DNA of 58,834 nt, the filler included, from Sphacelaria rigidula (Eukaryota), in assembly GCA_964200075.2 (NCBI GenBank). It is 5 parts of 5 records of this genome, joined end to end, with 100 filler letters (N's around TTAATTAATTAA, not from the genome) between each part and the next. Parts side by side here need not be neighbours in the genome. Positions count along the whole stretch, not along the records: positions 23,579 to 35,266 come from CAXNAA020004627.1; 4 more parts are not named here. The stretch is one strand, 5' to 3'. Below, piece after piece: positions 23,579-35,366 of the stretch (the stretch's first letter is position 1; each line of letters starts with the position of its first letter). The notes below the pieces were generated by a model. That model made no database searches, had not been told where the DNA came from, and saw only the letters and a list, made by a program, of their open reading frames with translations. Made by a program: the position numbers and the translations under genes.

Positions 23579-24944
23579 AAAGTCATGAAAAGCCTACTCT
23601 CAATCGTATCGTAGACTCTCAATCTCACGAAAACACTGTTGTCGAAATTCGCTGCATGTACAACAATTTTTGTGTTGTTTTTTGTTAAATGCTGGGCATG
23701 GGGAGTGAAGTATCAGTTTAGTACGAGTTTCGGGATTAGCTTTTGATAAAGCAAGGATTTAGAGTTGTTCGCCTGTGTACACGCTTTTCTCCTTCCCCAT
23801 CCGTTGTGAATATGGATGCACCAAGTAAAGACGGTCAGGAGACAACGAGAAAATCCACGATACTGGGAAAAAAGTATGACGAGCCAAGAACTGTTCAGTA
23901 TAAACACGGGATTTTCAAAGTGCGGATGGACTCTTTGAGGATGGCCGAGGCTTTTCATCGCGGCCAGAGAGAGGGCATTTTCATTCCTGCGGATGGGCTT
24001 GCTTGAAGGATGAGCGAGGCCGTTTGTCACGGCCGGATAGTGCATTTGTGTTTTCTTTTGAAAAATATTTCGATGCTCATGAAGGTTCCCGGGGTTCATC
24101 AACAAAAAATCGATTCTCAATTTGCAGAATCTCCTGTTTATAGCCTGTTGGAAATATCGTGGCACCCTACTAGGTGGCTCATGGGGTGGTACTGTTTCAA
24201 TCAAGAGGCTTCGCTTTGTCGATGAAGAGGAGCTGGCAGAGAATGCACAGTAGCCGTTGAGTTCACTCGTGTTGTGCAGCCAAGACAAAAGTTAGTGTAC
24301 ACGGGCGCTTATTTGGCTATTACACAAAAAAATACAGTCTCTTTCAGCAGAGACCTGAATTTGGGTTGGGAGCGTAAGAGCAGTGGGTGATTGTCGAGCC
24401 CAGGCTGCGATCACTTTTGAACCAAAATAATTCTACGCCACTACAAACACGTGCGTCAAAATCTATTGTATCTTTTACTTCAACTTGCTGCTGACGCTGT
24501 CGTCTTGTCAGCTCTTACAACCTACTGCAAGCCATGTATCCCATTATATCTACTTCGCTACAATATCCTACCGCAACAAACAACGACGGTACCTTATAAA
24601 GTTCATCTACCGTCATATGTCGAGTAGTACTTTCTCTCAACTGAAGGTAAATTGAAATGGTTACAGTGAACCGTCTCAAGTTGTACCGCTATTTGCTACA
24701 AATCGACATTCAAATACAGAGATACAGGCAATGTTATCCGACATATCTTTCGCAGGCACACTACGATACTGTCCCCAACATCTCTCAGGTACGATCATTC
24801 TCCACGGAGACTTTTGTACAATCTGCCGACATATACATTTTCAACACATATTATACAAATCGGTCAGCGTCTGAGACCACAAAATCCAACTTGCTAAGAA
24901 AGTCCGCAACTATCGTAGACTTGATACATATTTTACCGTCATAA

Positions 24945-25119
24945 TTTCAATCCCTTCGCTTTCTCCGGGTAAGTCCCGTTGTTTCAAGGGATCAACCCAC
25001 CTCTCTCCCGGTACACGTCTCAAATATCGATCTGGGGAGTGGATTAGCACTCCCGCACTGCGGCATCTCACGTACTGTCTAAGGGTAAGAGGTGTAGACT
25101 GGCGTCCAGAATAGATGGG

Positions 25120-25150
<31 letters not shown>
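24945..25150 (+). mobile_element. Retroposed fragment with the same CA-type 3' tail but a different body
   Basis: GGTGTAGACTGGCGTCCAGAATAGATGGGAT followed by (CA)n. Confidence 0.55.
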
Positions 25151-25154
<4 letters not shown>

Positions 25155-28100
25155 CCTCACGTGTTGGACCTTGGGAATCAGATAAATCTCCGAAAAAACA
25201 AACTGCATCCACGTATCCTTGGATTCGAACAGTGATTCTCCACCCCGGCTGACTTCAGCTGTACCAGTTACACGACTGGGGCGTGACAATTGTATATATT
25301 ATGACATTGAACACGAAATATAGCAACTGCGGAATTCCTGGCATTGACAGACTGCGCATCCTGCACAACACCACGAACGATCAGGCGCCATAATTCCACA
25401 GCTGCTACAATTTATTGCACCGAACGTAGGAACACCAACGAAAACTCCACACCTTGGACAAAATATTACACCGTCAAAAAGTGCACTGCGTACAGTATCG
25501 ACTATTGCGCCCATCGCAATAGACAACAGATGCCATACAGTACGCAGTCTAATTTTCAACGATGTAATCCACTGTCCAGGGTGTGGAAAAACTCTACCCA
25601 TCGCCCGTCACTACTCTTCAACTCTTGCGCGCAACTTCAACAAGCAGATATACAGCGCTCTCTCCCCTGCCCACTACGTGCCACCGGTAGCGCAGGCTGT
25701 ACATTGTATGTGCTCAAATGGCAAAAACAAGAAGGCAAATTTGAATCGACCAGCGTCGCCTTGCCCGGCCAACTACCTACATCTATACATCGTGAAACAA
25801 TCAAGAGGCTCGAACCTTGTCGAGGGTACATGTACTGGATGGACGCAAAAACCCGATGACACCACGCAGTTTAGAACAATCTGGAATCTATATATTATGG
25901 TACGTGTTAAAAATAGAGCGGCTGCTGCCAATCGAATGTCAAGTAAGAATGCTACTGAAATACTCCTTTTGCCACAAGGTCAAACCCAACTGCGGCCACA
26001 CCAAAGACGCTGAACGTAAAACGATCGCAACCAAACACATTTGAGAATATCCCTGCGTGGGCCGACAGAAAGAGGTCAAAACTTGCAGACATTGAACATC
26101 GCTTGACAGGGACACCAGGGACACCCGGCCCTTACCGTCTGATCGCGAAATGGGGAATTATATTCCGTTCTGTATCAGATTCGTTGAGTCCGGTGTCGTT
26201 GACGAACAGCTTCGTAGTACCGAACGATAATCGACGACCATGATCCGTCTGTTTCTCGCCTCGGCTTGCCAAATGAACACGGCTACAGCAGCACACGCGT
26301 TTTCTGTTTCAACCGGTGCTGGGCATCACCCCATCACCCAGGTGTCACACTCCACGAGGGTGCGGAGGATGGGATACCAGTAACACTACAACTCCTAGGA
26401 ACGCATCCAGTAGTCGTGGTCGTCCTCGTCGTAGTCGTCGTGGTCGTCGTAGATGCCATCGTCGTCATCGTCACTGAAGCTACGAGTCCTGCGGTCCTTC
26501 GGCCCATCGAATCTCCGGTCAAGGACGCGCTTTGGCTTGTGGGCGACTTTACATGAAGCCAGCGACTTCCACCGAGAACTTTGAAAGCACGGCGGTGATG
26601 TCGGCGGTGATAAGCGTCCAGGAGGTGAATGGAGGGAGGCCGGCGTGGCGGGCGGGGGCAGGGGGGTGAGGGCCTCCAGTGATATCCACACTTTCGCTCC
26701 TTGACTTGCAAACGTTAAACGATATTTTCGGTCCATCAAGAAACCATGGGGCTTTCTGTTGTGTGCGTGAGCCGCATGTTGCGTGACGAACTTCTGCTCT
26801 GAATTGCGTTTTCTTCCCCAAATATCGAAACGGCCCACACATCCACATGTTCGTGCGTTTATACAGCTGAGCCACAACCCGAACCCTCGTAACCCACAAC
26901 TCCTTATTCGTGCGTATGTATGGCTGGAGTAAACTTCCTTGTATACATAACGTGAAAACACTCAGCGAAGCAGCCTACGAGGTCGTAGGCGTGACGTGGA
27001 CCGGGCCGTTACGGGGCTACCCGTAGTGACGGGTGTCGAGTTCGCACGTCGTTCGTGCCCCCATTGGATACCTCCCGACCTTAGCGTCATTCAAGGTGTG
27101 AACATATTATACGCAAGGAAGAAACTCATTACAACTGCAAGCACTTCCCAGTTGCACAAGGCTTTCGATTCCTTTTTGTTGGCGTCTCGGGTCGTTTTCT
27201 CACGTGTTGGCAAAGAGGTTGCTCAGGCGTTCGTGGCCGCCTTTGAGGTCCAGCCCTGCTCTCGGGTGGTACGTGACATCCATGGCCCCGCGCGATTCAT
27301 ACGGTATATGACGGTGTAGGCGAGGGAGGCAAATACGCAGACAAGTGAGATCATAGACGTGAGAAACTTCAGTGTATTTTTAAGTGCCGAGGACTGCATA
27401 CACTCGACAGGCTTTGAATTTCACAACTTCTTACGACGGGCGTGACGGCATCGAAAGCCTTCCCCATCACACACGCGTCAATCGCCAACGCTCGGAAATA
27501 ACGATGGCATTTTCCTACAGGGACAGGGGCCCCCTTGTCGTGCCCCTGAGACTGGCGGTAAAAACTGCTCGAGGTAATCGCAACGGAGCAGAGCTACAGG
27601 ACACACGCGTACGCATACGACCCTCCCCCCATTCCACACCGGGTCTCCGACCGCCGCACTCCGAGAAGCAAACCTGTACGTAGTCCTTGCTTGGCGCGCT
27701 TCACCACTTTCCCTTTCGAATTCTCTTTCTCGCTCGTACCAGAGACCATCGCCCAGACCTCTTCGCCCTGGAGCACGTCCGCTCCGTAGTCGTGCGCGTC
27801 CTTGATCCAGCGGTAGAGCAACTTGTCTTCGATCTTCGAAATACGGGTGCAGTTGTATCGTCAGAGGTTGCAGGGACGAATCCCTCCGCTCATCCCCCCC
27901 CCACAAAATCGTAAGTGCTTTGAAGATGTAAGAGACGTTCGGTGATGCGATCTCCGTACGACGTCAACTCCGGTGCCCGTCATTGCCATACTTGAATAAA
28001 TCTTGCTCCCGTGGCGGTACTCATCATGGAAGTGTAGATCCCATAAGAAAATGCATTTCGTTTACGAAGTATACATGCGTGAACTCGAAGGTTAAATTTC

Positions 28101-28333
28101 AAAACAGCTGTGAATTTTCAAGTACCTCTGACTTGGAAGCAGCGGCCCACAGCACGAGAGGCCAAAACCCGCGAAAAAAAGTGTTCGGGCCCGCGAATCT
28201 CAGGGGCTCCTCCGGGCCGTCCATGTCAATCGTCCAATCGTACTCGCACGCGTCCAAAATGTTGTGCTTGAAAAGAACAAAGTCGAAATAGACGGCGAAT
28301 GCGCAGCAGGCGAGTAGTTGGGGAAAGGGGGGG

Positions 28334-28625
28334 TTACTCATGCCGTAGTCATAGGACCATTTGACCTCGCATCTGTATAAAGTAGGGATAGAGCACGCCG
28401 TATTTCTCCGGACTAGGCTCGCAATCAATCACCAAGCGCTAAGCGCCGCGATGTGTTCGGCGAGTCGCATGAGAGGTGACCTACATCCTGCTAAGATCGT
28501 TCGGCTCGAAGCGTACTGACTATCTTGCAAATGGATGGCAGCCTCGAATAATGTGTTTTTTCTGGTATCGCCATCTTCAGAGGCAGCCACGGGTTACACT
28601 ACCTCATGGGTATCTTACCGTGTGA
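28334..28625 (-). mobile_element. Partial copy of the C-run non-autonomous element
   Basis: Reverse complement aligns to ~32760-33069; the 3' end GGCATGAGTAA is followed by a C-run. Confidence 0.7.
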
Positions 28626-28636
28626 GGGGGGGGGGG

Positions 28637-31410
28637 TACTCATTTGTTGCTTGCCTCAGTAGTCGTTTGACCATTGACCACGCATCCCTTTCGAGACGGA
28701 GCTTCGTTTATACTCCTCATAGAAACACCCCCAACATTTGGGCGCTCACTACGTATCTTCCGTACACTACATGAAAATCTTCAACATGTCTTATTTCCTT
28801 CCTGTTTCGCCGTCGGCCACTATTTATCTCCTATTTATAGCGTTCGTTTTCTCGCTTCTGTCTCATGCATCGAACGATTTGATTCCACCTTCGTTTACTT
28901 TATACATTTCCCCCTCCAACACGTCCCGTTCCTCCTTGAATACTTCACATTCCGCCACTGTGAGCTCTACTCTCTACTGCTTCGCCACAGGGACAATTCT
29001 TAGCACCTACTTCCTCCTCCCCTCGACCACTGGAAATCTCTTCTTGATGGCAGGTCCAGGTCCCCCACCCGAAATCTTGGTTTCAATTGTTATCCCGGAG
29101 TCCATTGGGCCCATGCAGGTGTGTTTTCAGCCCTACCCCCTCTATCAACCCCCCGTTCATCTTGAGGTGCTGTTCCTCGTCTACTTTCCGTCTTCGCGTG
29201 TTTTCCCCCACTGTTTTTATTGTGTCTCCTCTTTTCTGTTACCCCCCGCTTTCACCTGTGGACAGTATATCGTCTTGGTTTTCTCCTAATTCCTTCCATA
29301 TTTACTCGACAACCCTATCCCACCTTATTCCAGCCTGCCCTTCCGTCATGTTATTCCATACAGCCCTGTCAACTATGGCTGCCAATCTCTTTCTCTGCAT
29401 GTTCCTTACGCTATATTGTCATTCCAGTTTTCTCATGTCTCTACTTAATTGAAGTGGGTACATTTCCAATTCTGCTCTCAATGCTGGATTACTCGTCGTT
29501 TCTGGGCATCATGTATTCCAACCTCTTTGCCAGCGTCGCGTTCACCTCCATACTTCTGCATATTTCAGCTTTGATACAACCATAACCATCAGAGCACATC
29601 TCTCGATCCTAGTACAGGCTGGTTCAGGCACATCACCCAAAAAACACTCATCGGCAAAACCTCACGCCGTTTCAAGGAGTTAGACCCTGAAATTTTGAAC
29701 ATTTGTTGTATGAGGCATCACGCGACTTTGGAAGGTCGAGGGTTTTCGACTCTTCGACCTTTTTCGCCGTTTTTCGGAGGTCCCAGTTCTTCCCGGGAAA
29801 CATCGATCCAATCGGACCCCCGTAGAACGGTAAAGAAAACTAAACAAACCTCATTCATCCAAAGTTGCGTAATGACCCATAGCACAGCTGTGCGAAATTT
29901 CAGGGTCTAACTCCTCAAAACTGCGTGAAGTTTTTCGCTTTTGTGCGATGAACTCTGACGTGCCGCGGTGAAACTGCAAACTACTTGATTTTTGTACCAA
30001 AACGGCGTTTTTGGGGCTTCTTTGACGTAAACATGAAAATTCAACATCAGTTGATCGAGCTGTGAGACAAAAGTCTGTGGGACCCTTCCTCAGGCTATGC
30101 GGACAGCTCGCTTACGAAAAAATTAAAAAAAATATCGTCGTGCCGGTTTTCCCGGGTTCCAGAATGGAGACTATTTCGAAAAACGACTTGAACCCCCGTC
30201 GGACCCCCGAAAAACGGTGACAAACTCCAAAAGTATAAAAACATGATCTATGGAAAGTTGCGTAATGATACATGGCATATTTTTGCGAATTTCAGGATCT
30301 AACTGCCAATTACGGCGTGAAGGTTTGCGCGTTTGTGGAGGACGTGGGCTTGAAACGTGCAACTCCTAACTACTTGGTTTTAGTATGTAAACGTGTTTTG
30401 AGATGACCTTCACGTCAAGGCAAGAAAAACTGTTCGAGGTTTCCGAGTTTCTCCACCAAACTTTGTACATGTGTTCCTTGGACTCTCACGGGACGCATCA
30501 TTTCACTATTTTTCGTCGAGGGCATTCTTCACCGCCTTCCGGGGGTCTTTATACTGGGACTCTCGGAAGTCGGTAGAGAACGGAGAAGCCATGAAATATT
30601 GTCAAGAACACAATTTTTCCATTTCGAGCACCAATACCTACGGAACTGCCAAGTTTGAGGGCGATCTGAGCTTTTCTACAGCAGATAGAGTGGACACCGC
30701 CACGAGGCTCCCTGGGCCTTTTGTGCGTTATCATTAGTGGAAATTAGACGACGCCAACACCCGACATCACCGAAACATCACGGTTTCGGGTATAATCCGA
30801 CCCCGTAGTACCCGTTTTCAAATATGTTTGTTTCGTTAAATTCCCGAGCTGATGACGGTTATTACGATTTGAAGTGTGTGGAGATTGGGTGGAAATTGGG
30901 CCTAACATTCGTAATTTCGATCTCGGAACAATTCAACGGGCGCTGATTGGTCGATATACCTTTCCGCCCTTAACGCTACCACTATGGCCTTACACACAAA
31001 ATCCGGCTATGTCACGCTCTTCAGCTGTCCATGGTGGTCAGTATGATATCATGTATGCGACTATTGNNNNNNNNNNTATTGGGTAGGTATTGCGAAAGGC
31101 ATTTACTGATGACACAATTTTGGGTGATGAGCGTGAACCAGCCTGTATTCACGTGCGAATCTTTTGGGATCAAGTCCATCCTACCTATTTACGCCTTACC
31201 CCTTGTTATTGCTCTATGTATGTGTGCATCCCAACAACTTTTTTCTGAGATCTCCAAGCCAGGTATGTATACTGGTCGACTATCGGCAATTTCCTCTTCT
31301 CCCCTCTGCCATTTGAACTCTACCGGGTTTCTCTCACACTCGTTACATACAAGTACTGCGCATTTCTGTACGTTCGCCGTCACTCTCCATGCCCTTGTGT
31401 ATTACAAGAG
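28637..31410 (-). mobile_element. 5'-truncated, decayed LINE (RT C-terminal region to 3' end), split by MITE-like insertions at ~29610-31080
   Basis: Minus-strand frames read WRVTANVQKCAVLVCNE...FKWQRGEEE...GLEISEKSCWDAHIHRAITRGK (31190-31390) and GPMDSG...VAECEVFKEERDVLEGEM (28900-29110), typical of the non-LTR RT thumb and C-terminal regions. The 3' end is GCAACAAATGAGTAC followed by a C-run. Confidence 0.75.
29650..30420. repeat. Foldback/MITE-like repeat nested in the LINE
   Basis: 29655-29730 is inverted relative to 29858-29935, and a similar unit recurs at 30185-30330. Confidence 0.55.
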
Positions 31411-32504
31411 GAGGGGGGAGGAGTGGGGACGGAGTCACAGATGTTGCAAGCACGCTTCCCCGAGTGCTGTTAGTGTAGCCACGTCTTCGCGCACAGGATA
31501 CGAGGTTGAGCCTGGCCTTCCGGGGAGAGGGCTGGTTCCGAAAATATTTGGATTCCGAAACCCCCACGGTCGTTCAAGACAAAATTTTACACTAGCTACA
31601 TCCTGAATAGCACACCGAGCGGGTGGCCAACTTCGAGAGTGTCATGCTATCTACCGTGGAAGTCCCATTCGAGTGCGGCAGGGTGCGAGCCGACTCGAAC
31701 CGCACTTATGTGGGACCTCGGACAGGCCCGGAGAAAGGAGCTTCTTGAAAATATAGCGGGTAGGCGCTGCTGCGCACGGCGAGTTTGACAGCACTCAAGT
31801 GAGACCAACCTCCTCGATACTGCGGTATGGTTTCGTCAACCAGCTGCACACCATCGCCGACCTCCTCGAAGCACTCGGCGACGCCAGTCCGGAGCGGGAT
31901 CGTTTGCATGTTCTCCCACGAGTCGGCGAGAGCCTTCATCACCTGGTGGCTGCGCTCGAAAGCCACTCCTTTCACGACCGCTAGCTGGTAGATAGCCTTG
32001 GCCATCTTGCCCTAGCCCTGACGCACACCATAGCACAAGTCCACAAAGTTACGGCAAGATTCCAGCACGGGAATTGACGAAACAAGAGGCACACACAAGC
32101 ACCGGAGCTCAGTGAGCACAGAGACATGAACTGCGGCAAACACAACAAGAGACACCTCACCAACGATTGTATCCGTTTATGACTACCATCCCTACCCCAG
32201 TTTAAAAATGATACCCGTGACATGATACTACGTGCAATACAGTGCTGTGTAGTGACTGGCAACACGATACCACCAAGGTACTGCCATACACTCAACGTGT
32301 GGTGAACACTTCGCATAAATAAAAACACAAAAAGCAACAACGTATATGACAATGCCGGCGGGCGCCAGGATTCAACGAAATATGGGACATGCTGTTGTAG
32401 CCCTGCTGGTATCCATGGGGAGAACGTTTGTACAAATAAGCTTCTGCCCCGGACTCGTCGATCTTTGATTTATGCCCTCCCCCCCTCCCCCCTCCCTACT
32501 TTCT

Positions 32505-33070
32505 AGCCTGATCCGGCGAAAACTCGGCGTGCTCTGTTCCAGCTTCGTAGAAACGGACCCCCTATGGGGTTGGCGTCGGCTAGCATTGACGCTGTAAAAC
32601 ACGCCACTGATTGCGTAGGCTTGACAACCAGGTTCCCGTATTTTTTGGGCACTTACATTGTTTTTTGGGGCAACCATGATGGTGGACGAGCTAGATCATA
32701 TTTTGCGGGATGGGAACACCTCGATTCCGGGCGAAGGCGATGATTATACTACGTAAAGTTCACATGGTGAGACAACCATGAGGCAGTGTTGGACCCGTGG
32801 CTGCCTCTGGAAGTGGCAATAGCAGAAAATTAAGCAACTCATCGGAGGCCGCCATCCATGTGCAAGATAATCAGTACGCTTCGGGTTGAACAATCTTAGC
32901 AAGATACAGCTCTCTCACCCTTCATGCAACTCGCCGAACAAATCACGGCGCTTCGCGCTTGATGATTGATCGCGAGCCTGGTCCGGCGGAACTCGGCGTG
33001 TTCAGTCCCGGTTTTGCAGGAATGCGAGGTCAATGATCATACGACTACAGCATGCAACATCATGAGTACG
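32505..33070 (+). mobile_element. Full ~565-bp copy of the C-run non-autonomous element, inserted in a relic exon
   Basis: Starts AGCCTGATCCGGCG, the motif repeats at ~32976, ends CATGAGTAC; C-rich runs on both flanks. Confidence 0.75.
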
Positions 33071-33919
33071 CCCCCTCTCCCCCGCTCAAGCGGCTAATTT
33101 CGTGTCATGCCTTGAAGTACTTCGAGACCTCTTCGCCTTGTTTCTCGTAGCCATCGTGCCAGTCAGCGTCTACCATCACGTGCACCTATGCGATCAGCGA
33201 GACGATGCGCCAAAACCAAGAGAGCGTCATGCAGGCGAATACATCGATCCGAGACAAAATGTACTGGTGAACGGAAAATGCCCCATGTGCTAAGCAGACG
33301 CGCGGGGGTACACCGCACCAAGATTCAATCAATACGCGCGCAGCACCTGTCACTGCCACGTCCCCAGCCACGGAGGAGGCCAGTCGCGGTGCGTTTGCAT
33401 TCAAATGTAGCGCATCAGCTGGATGGAATGGCTGAGGAAGTCAACCCCAATCGCTTCCCCGGAATACAGCCAACTGCAGTTTGAGTGACATGATATACAT
33501 TTGCATTCAACCTTTTGCTCACACGCTTGACGTAGTCCTTGCCAAATTTCCTGGCCGCCTTAGGGTCGCTGTGGTCTATTTCATCTTTGCTGACACCAGG
33601 GTCCTTGCGCAGCGTCGAGGGCGTGGGCAAGCGGAGGATGCCCTTGGCTGGGTCCTTCGGCTTGGCCGCTCCCTGCATCAGTTGGGGGCAAGTAAGGCCC
33701 GGCAGAATGTGAACACAATTTACAGCAGGGCCTTTCACGGGAGAACGGAGCGGGAGCCGGACGGGAACGTTTCTAGTTACCCAAACAACCGATGAGACGG
33801 GAAGCGGGGGTGTCAGGGCCTTGTCCCGTAAGGTTGCTGTATCCTGTCGTCACTAGCAAGTAAGTATTGAAACGCCCCGAAGAAATGCTGCGAGGCAATC
33901 AGTTTGTGCCGAGGATTCC

Positions 33920-34362
33920 TTGACGTGGTAACGAAGATACCGTCACCGCGCAACGGTACTTCAACTCGTAAAACTGACACGTGTTAGAGCGAACGATGAC
34001 AGGGTCGAATCACCGGAATGTATGAGCGTGACGTACCGGTAAAAAACTGTGACGTGACGTGTCACAAACATGAACGTCACAAACGTCACCGTGAACCTCC
34101 CGTACCAAGTTATGCTACATGAAACGTTACAACGCCGTACGTAGCCTTCATTTACCCTCAACACGGTCGAAGTGTAACGTTTCTTTTTACGTCACGCGTC
34201 ACAAACGTAACGTATATTATACTTTACACGTTACAATGGACGTTTCAAAATACGATACTGTGACGTGACGTGACGTACCGGTAAAAAATGTGAGGTGACG
34301 TATAATTTGTAAGACGTCACATTTGTGACGTAACGTGTAACGTGTACCGTAAAGAGCTCTGG
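33920..34362. repeat. Tract densely packed with GTGACGT/ACGTCAC/GTAACGT motifs (probably TE subterminal repeats)
   Basis: Many ACGT-core motifs in both orientations; ends ...GTAAAGAGCTCTGGTA. Confidence 0.6.
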
Positions 34363-34855
34363 TAAATACGCCGTTTCGATTCCCGTCAGACGCGTCTACA
34401 AAGTATGCGGAGATGAAGAAAACAGTCACCGGCACTTGCGTGGAAGAGGCGGCAACAACGATTATGGGTGGGAATGGGGTCCATAACGACCAAAAAACGT
34501 ACAGGTGAAGAAGAAGAAAAAACGTGGAGGAATGACGAACACGCCATCAGCTGTTCTGAGCTGTTGGGAATAGGACGCACACTTCGTCCCTATTTCACTT
34601 GGATAGAGCATACAGCAATGTAGCATTCTCATCGTGTTTTTCTCGGCACAGAAAGCAAGTCGGCCAGTGGCAATTTACAGTCCCCCGGACACACACAAAC
34701 GCTGGGGAATTTTCAAAGGATTTTGCTCAGATCGCCACAGCGGACCCCCGAAGCCCCCAAAACCAGCAACAACTGCCTTGTTGAGCTCATTTTGGTGTGA
34801 GGCAGCGTTTGTGGCATGCGTCAACGAAATTTCTATTATGCCCCCGCCCCTCCAC

Positions 34856-35266
34856 AGCCTCGTCCGGCGAGAACCCGGCGTGCTCCGTCCCGGCTTGTAG
34901 GAGCGGGTCCCCGATGGGGTTGGCGTCGGTTGGCGGTGGCGCTATAAAACACGTCACTCACTGCCTAAGCTAGGCAACCAGGTTACGAGCTTTTTTTTGC
35001 GCGCTTGCGTTTTATTTTGCGGTAACTATGATGGTAGTCGAGCTAGATCATGTTGTGCGGCGTGGGAGAACTTCAACTCCGCATAATGGGGATACCTGTC
35101 ATACGTAGTGTTCACATGGAGAGACATCTATGAGGCAGTGTATAAGACGTGGCTGTCTCTGGATGTAGCGATACCAGACAATAAAGCAACTCATCAGAGG
35201 CTGTCATCCATTTGCAAGATAACCAGTAGGCTTTGGGCCGAACAATCTTAGCAGGATGCAGCTCAC
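34856..35266 (+). mobile_element. Copy of the C-run element truncated by the contig end
   Basis: Aligns to ~32505-32920 and is preceded by CCCCCGCCCCTCCAC. Confidence 0.75.
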
Positions 35267-35366
35267 NNNNNNNNNNNNNNNNNNNNNNNNNNNNNNNNNN
35301 NNNNNNNNNNTTAATTAATTAANNNNNNNNNNNNNNNNNNNNNNNNNNNNNNNNNNNNNNNNNNNN
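35267..35366. other. Artificial contig-join linker
   Basis: Same 100-bp linker structure. Confidence 0.97.

Larger units (their letters stand above)
26395..33672 (-). pseudogene. Decayed multi-exon gene of unknown family (relic exons ~33532-33672, 33071-33185 + 32350-32480, 31790-32018, 27674-28320)
   Basis: Phase-0 GT-AG join gives GAAKPKDPAKGILRLPTP...KFGKDY|VHVMVDADWHDGYEKQGEEVSKYFKA*. Frames are GC3-rich but carry in-frame stops and retroelement insertions. That all pieces belong to one gene is an inference. Confidence 0.45.

Noticed and set aside
25299..25514. FCPRCG...CSSCG resembles the N-terminal zinc ribbon of RPA12/RPC11
   Set aside because: Codons are T-ending and TG-rich, unlike the ARF1 exons. 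I found no convincing donor or downstream C-terminal ribbon exon, so chance Cys/Val richness is likely.
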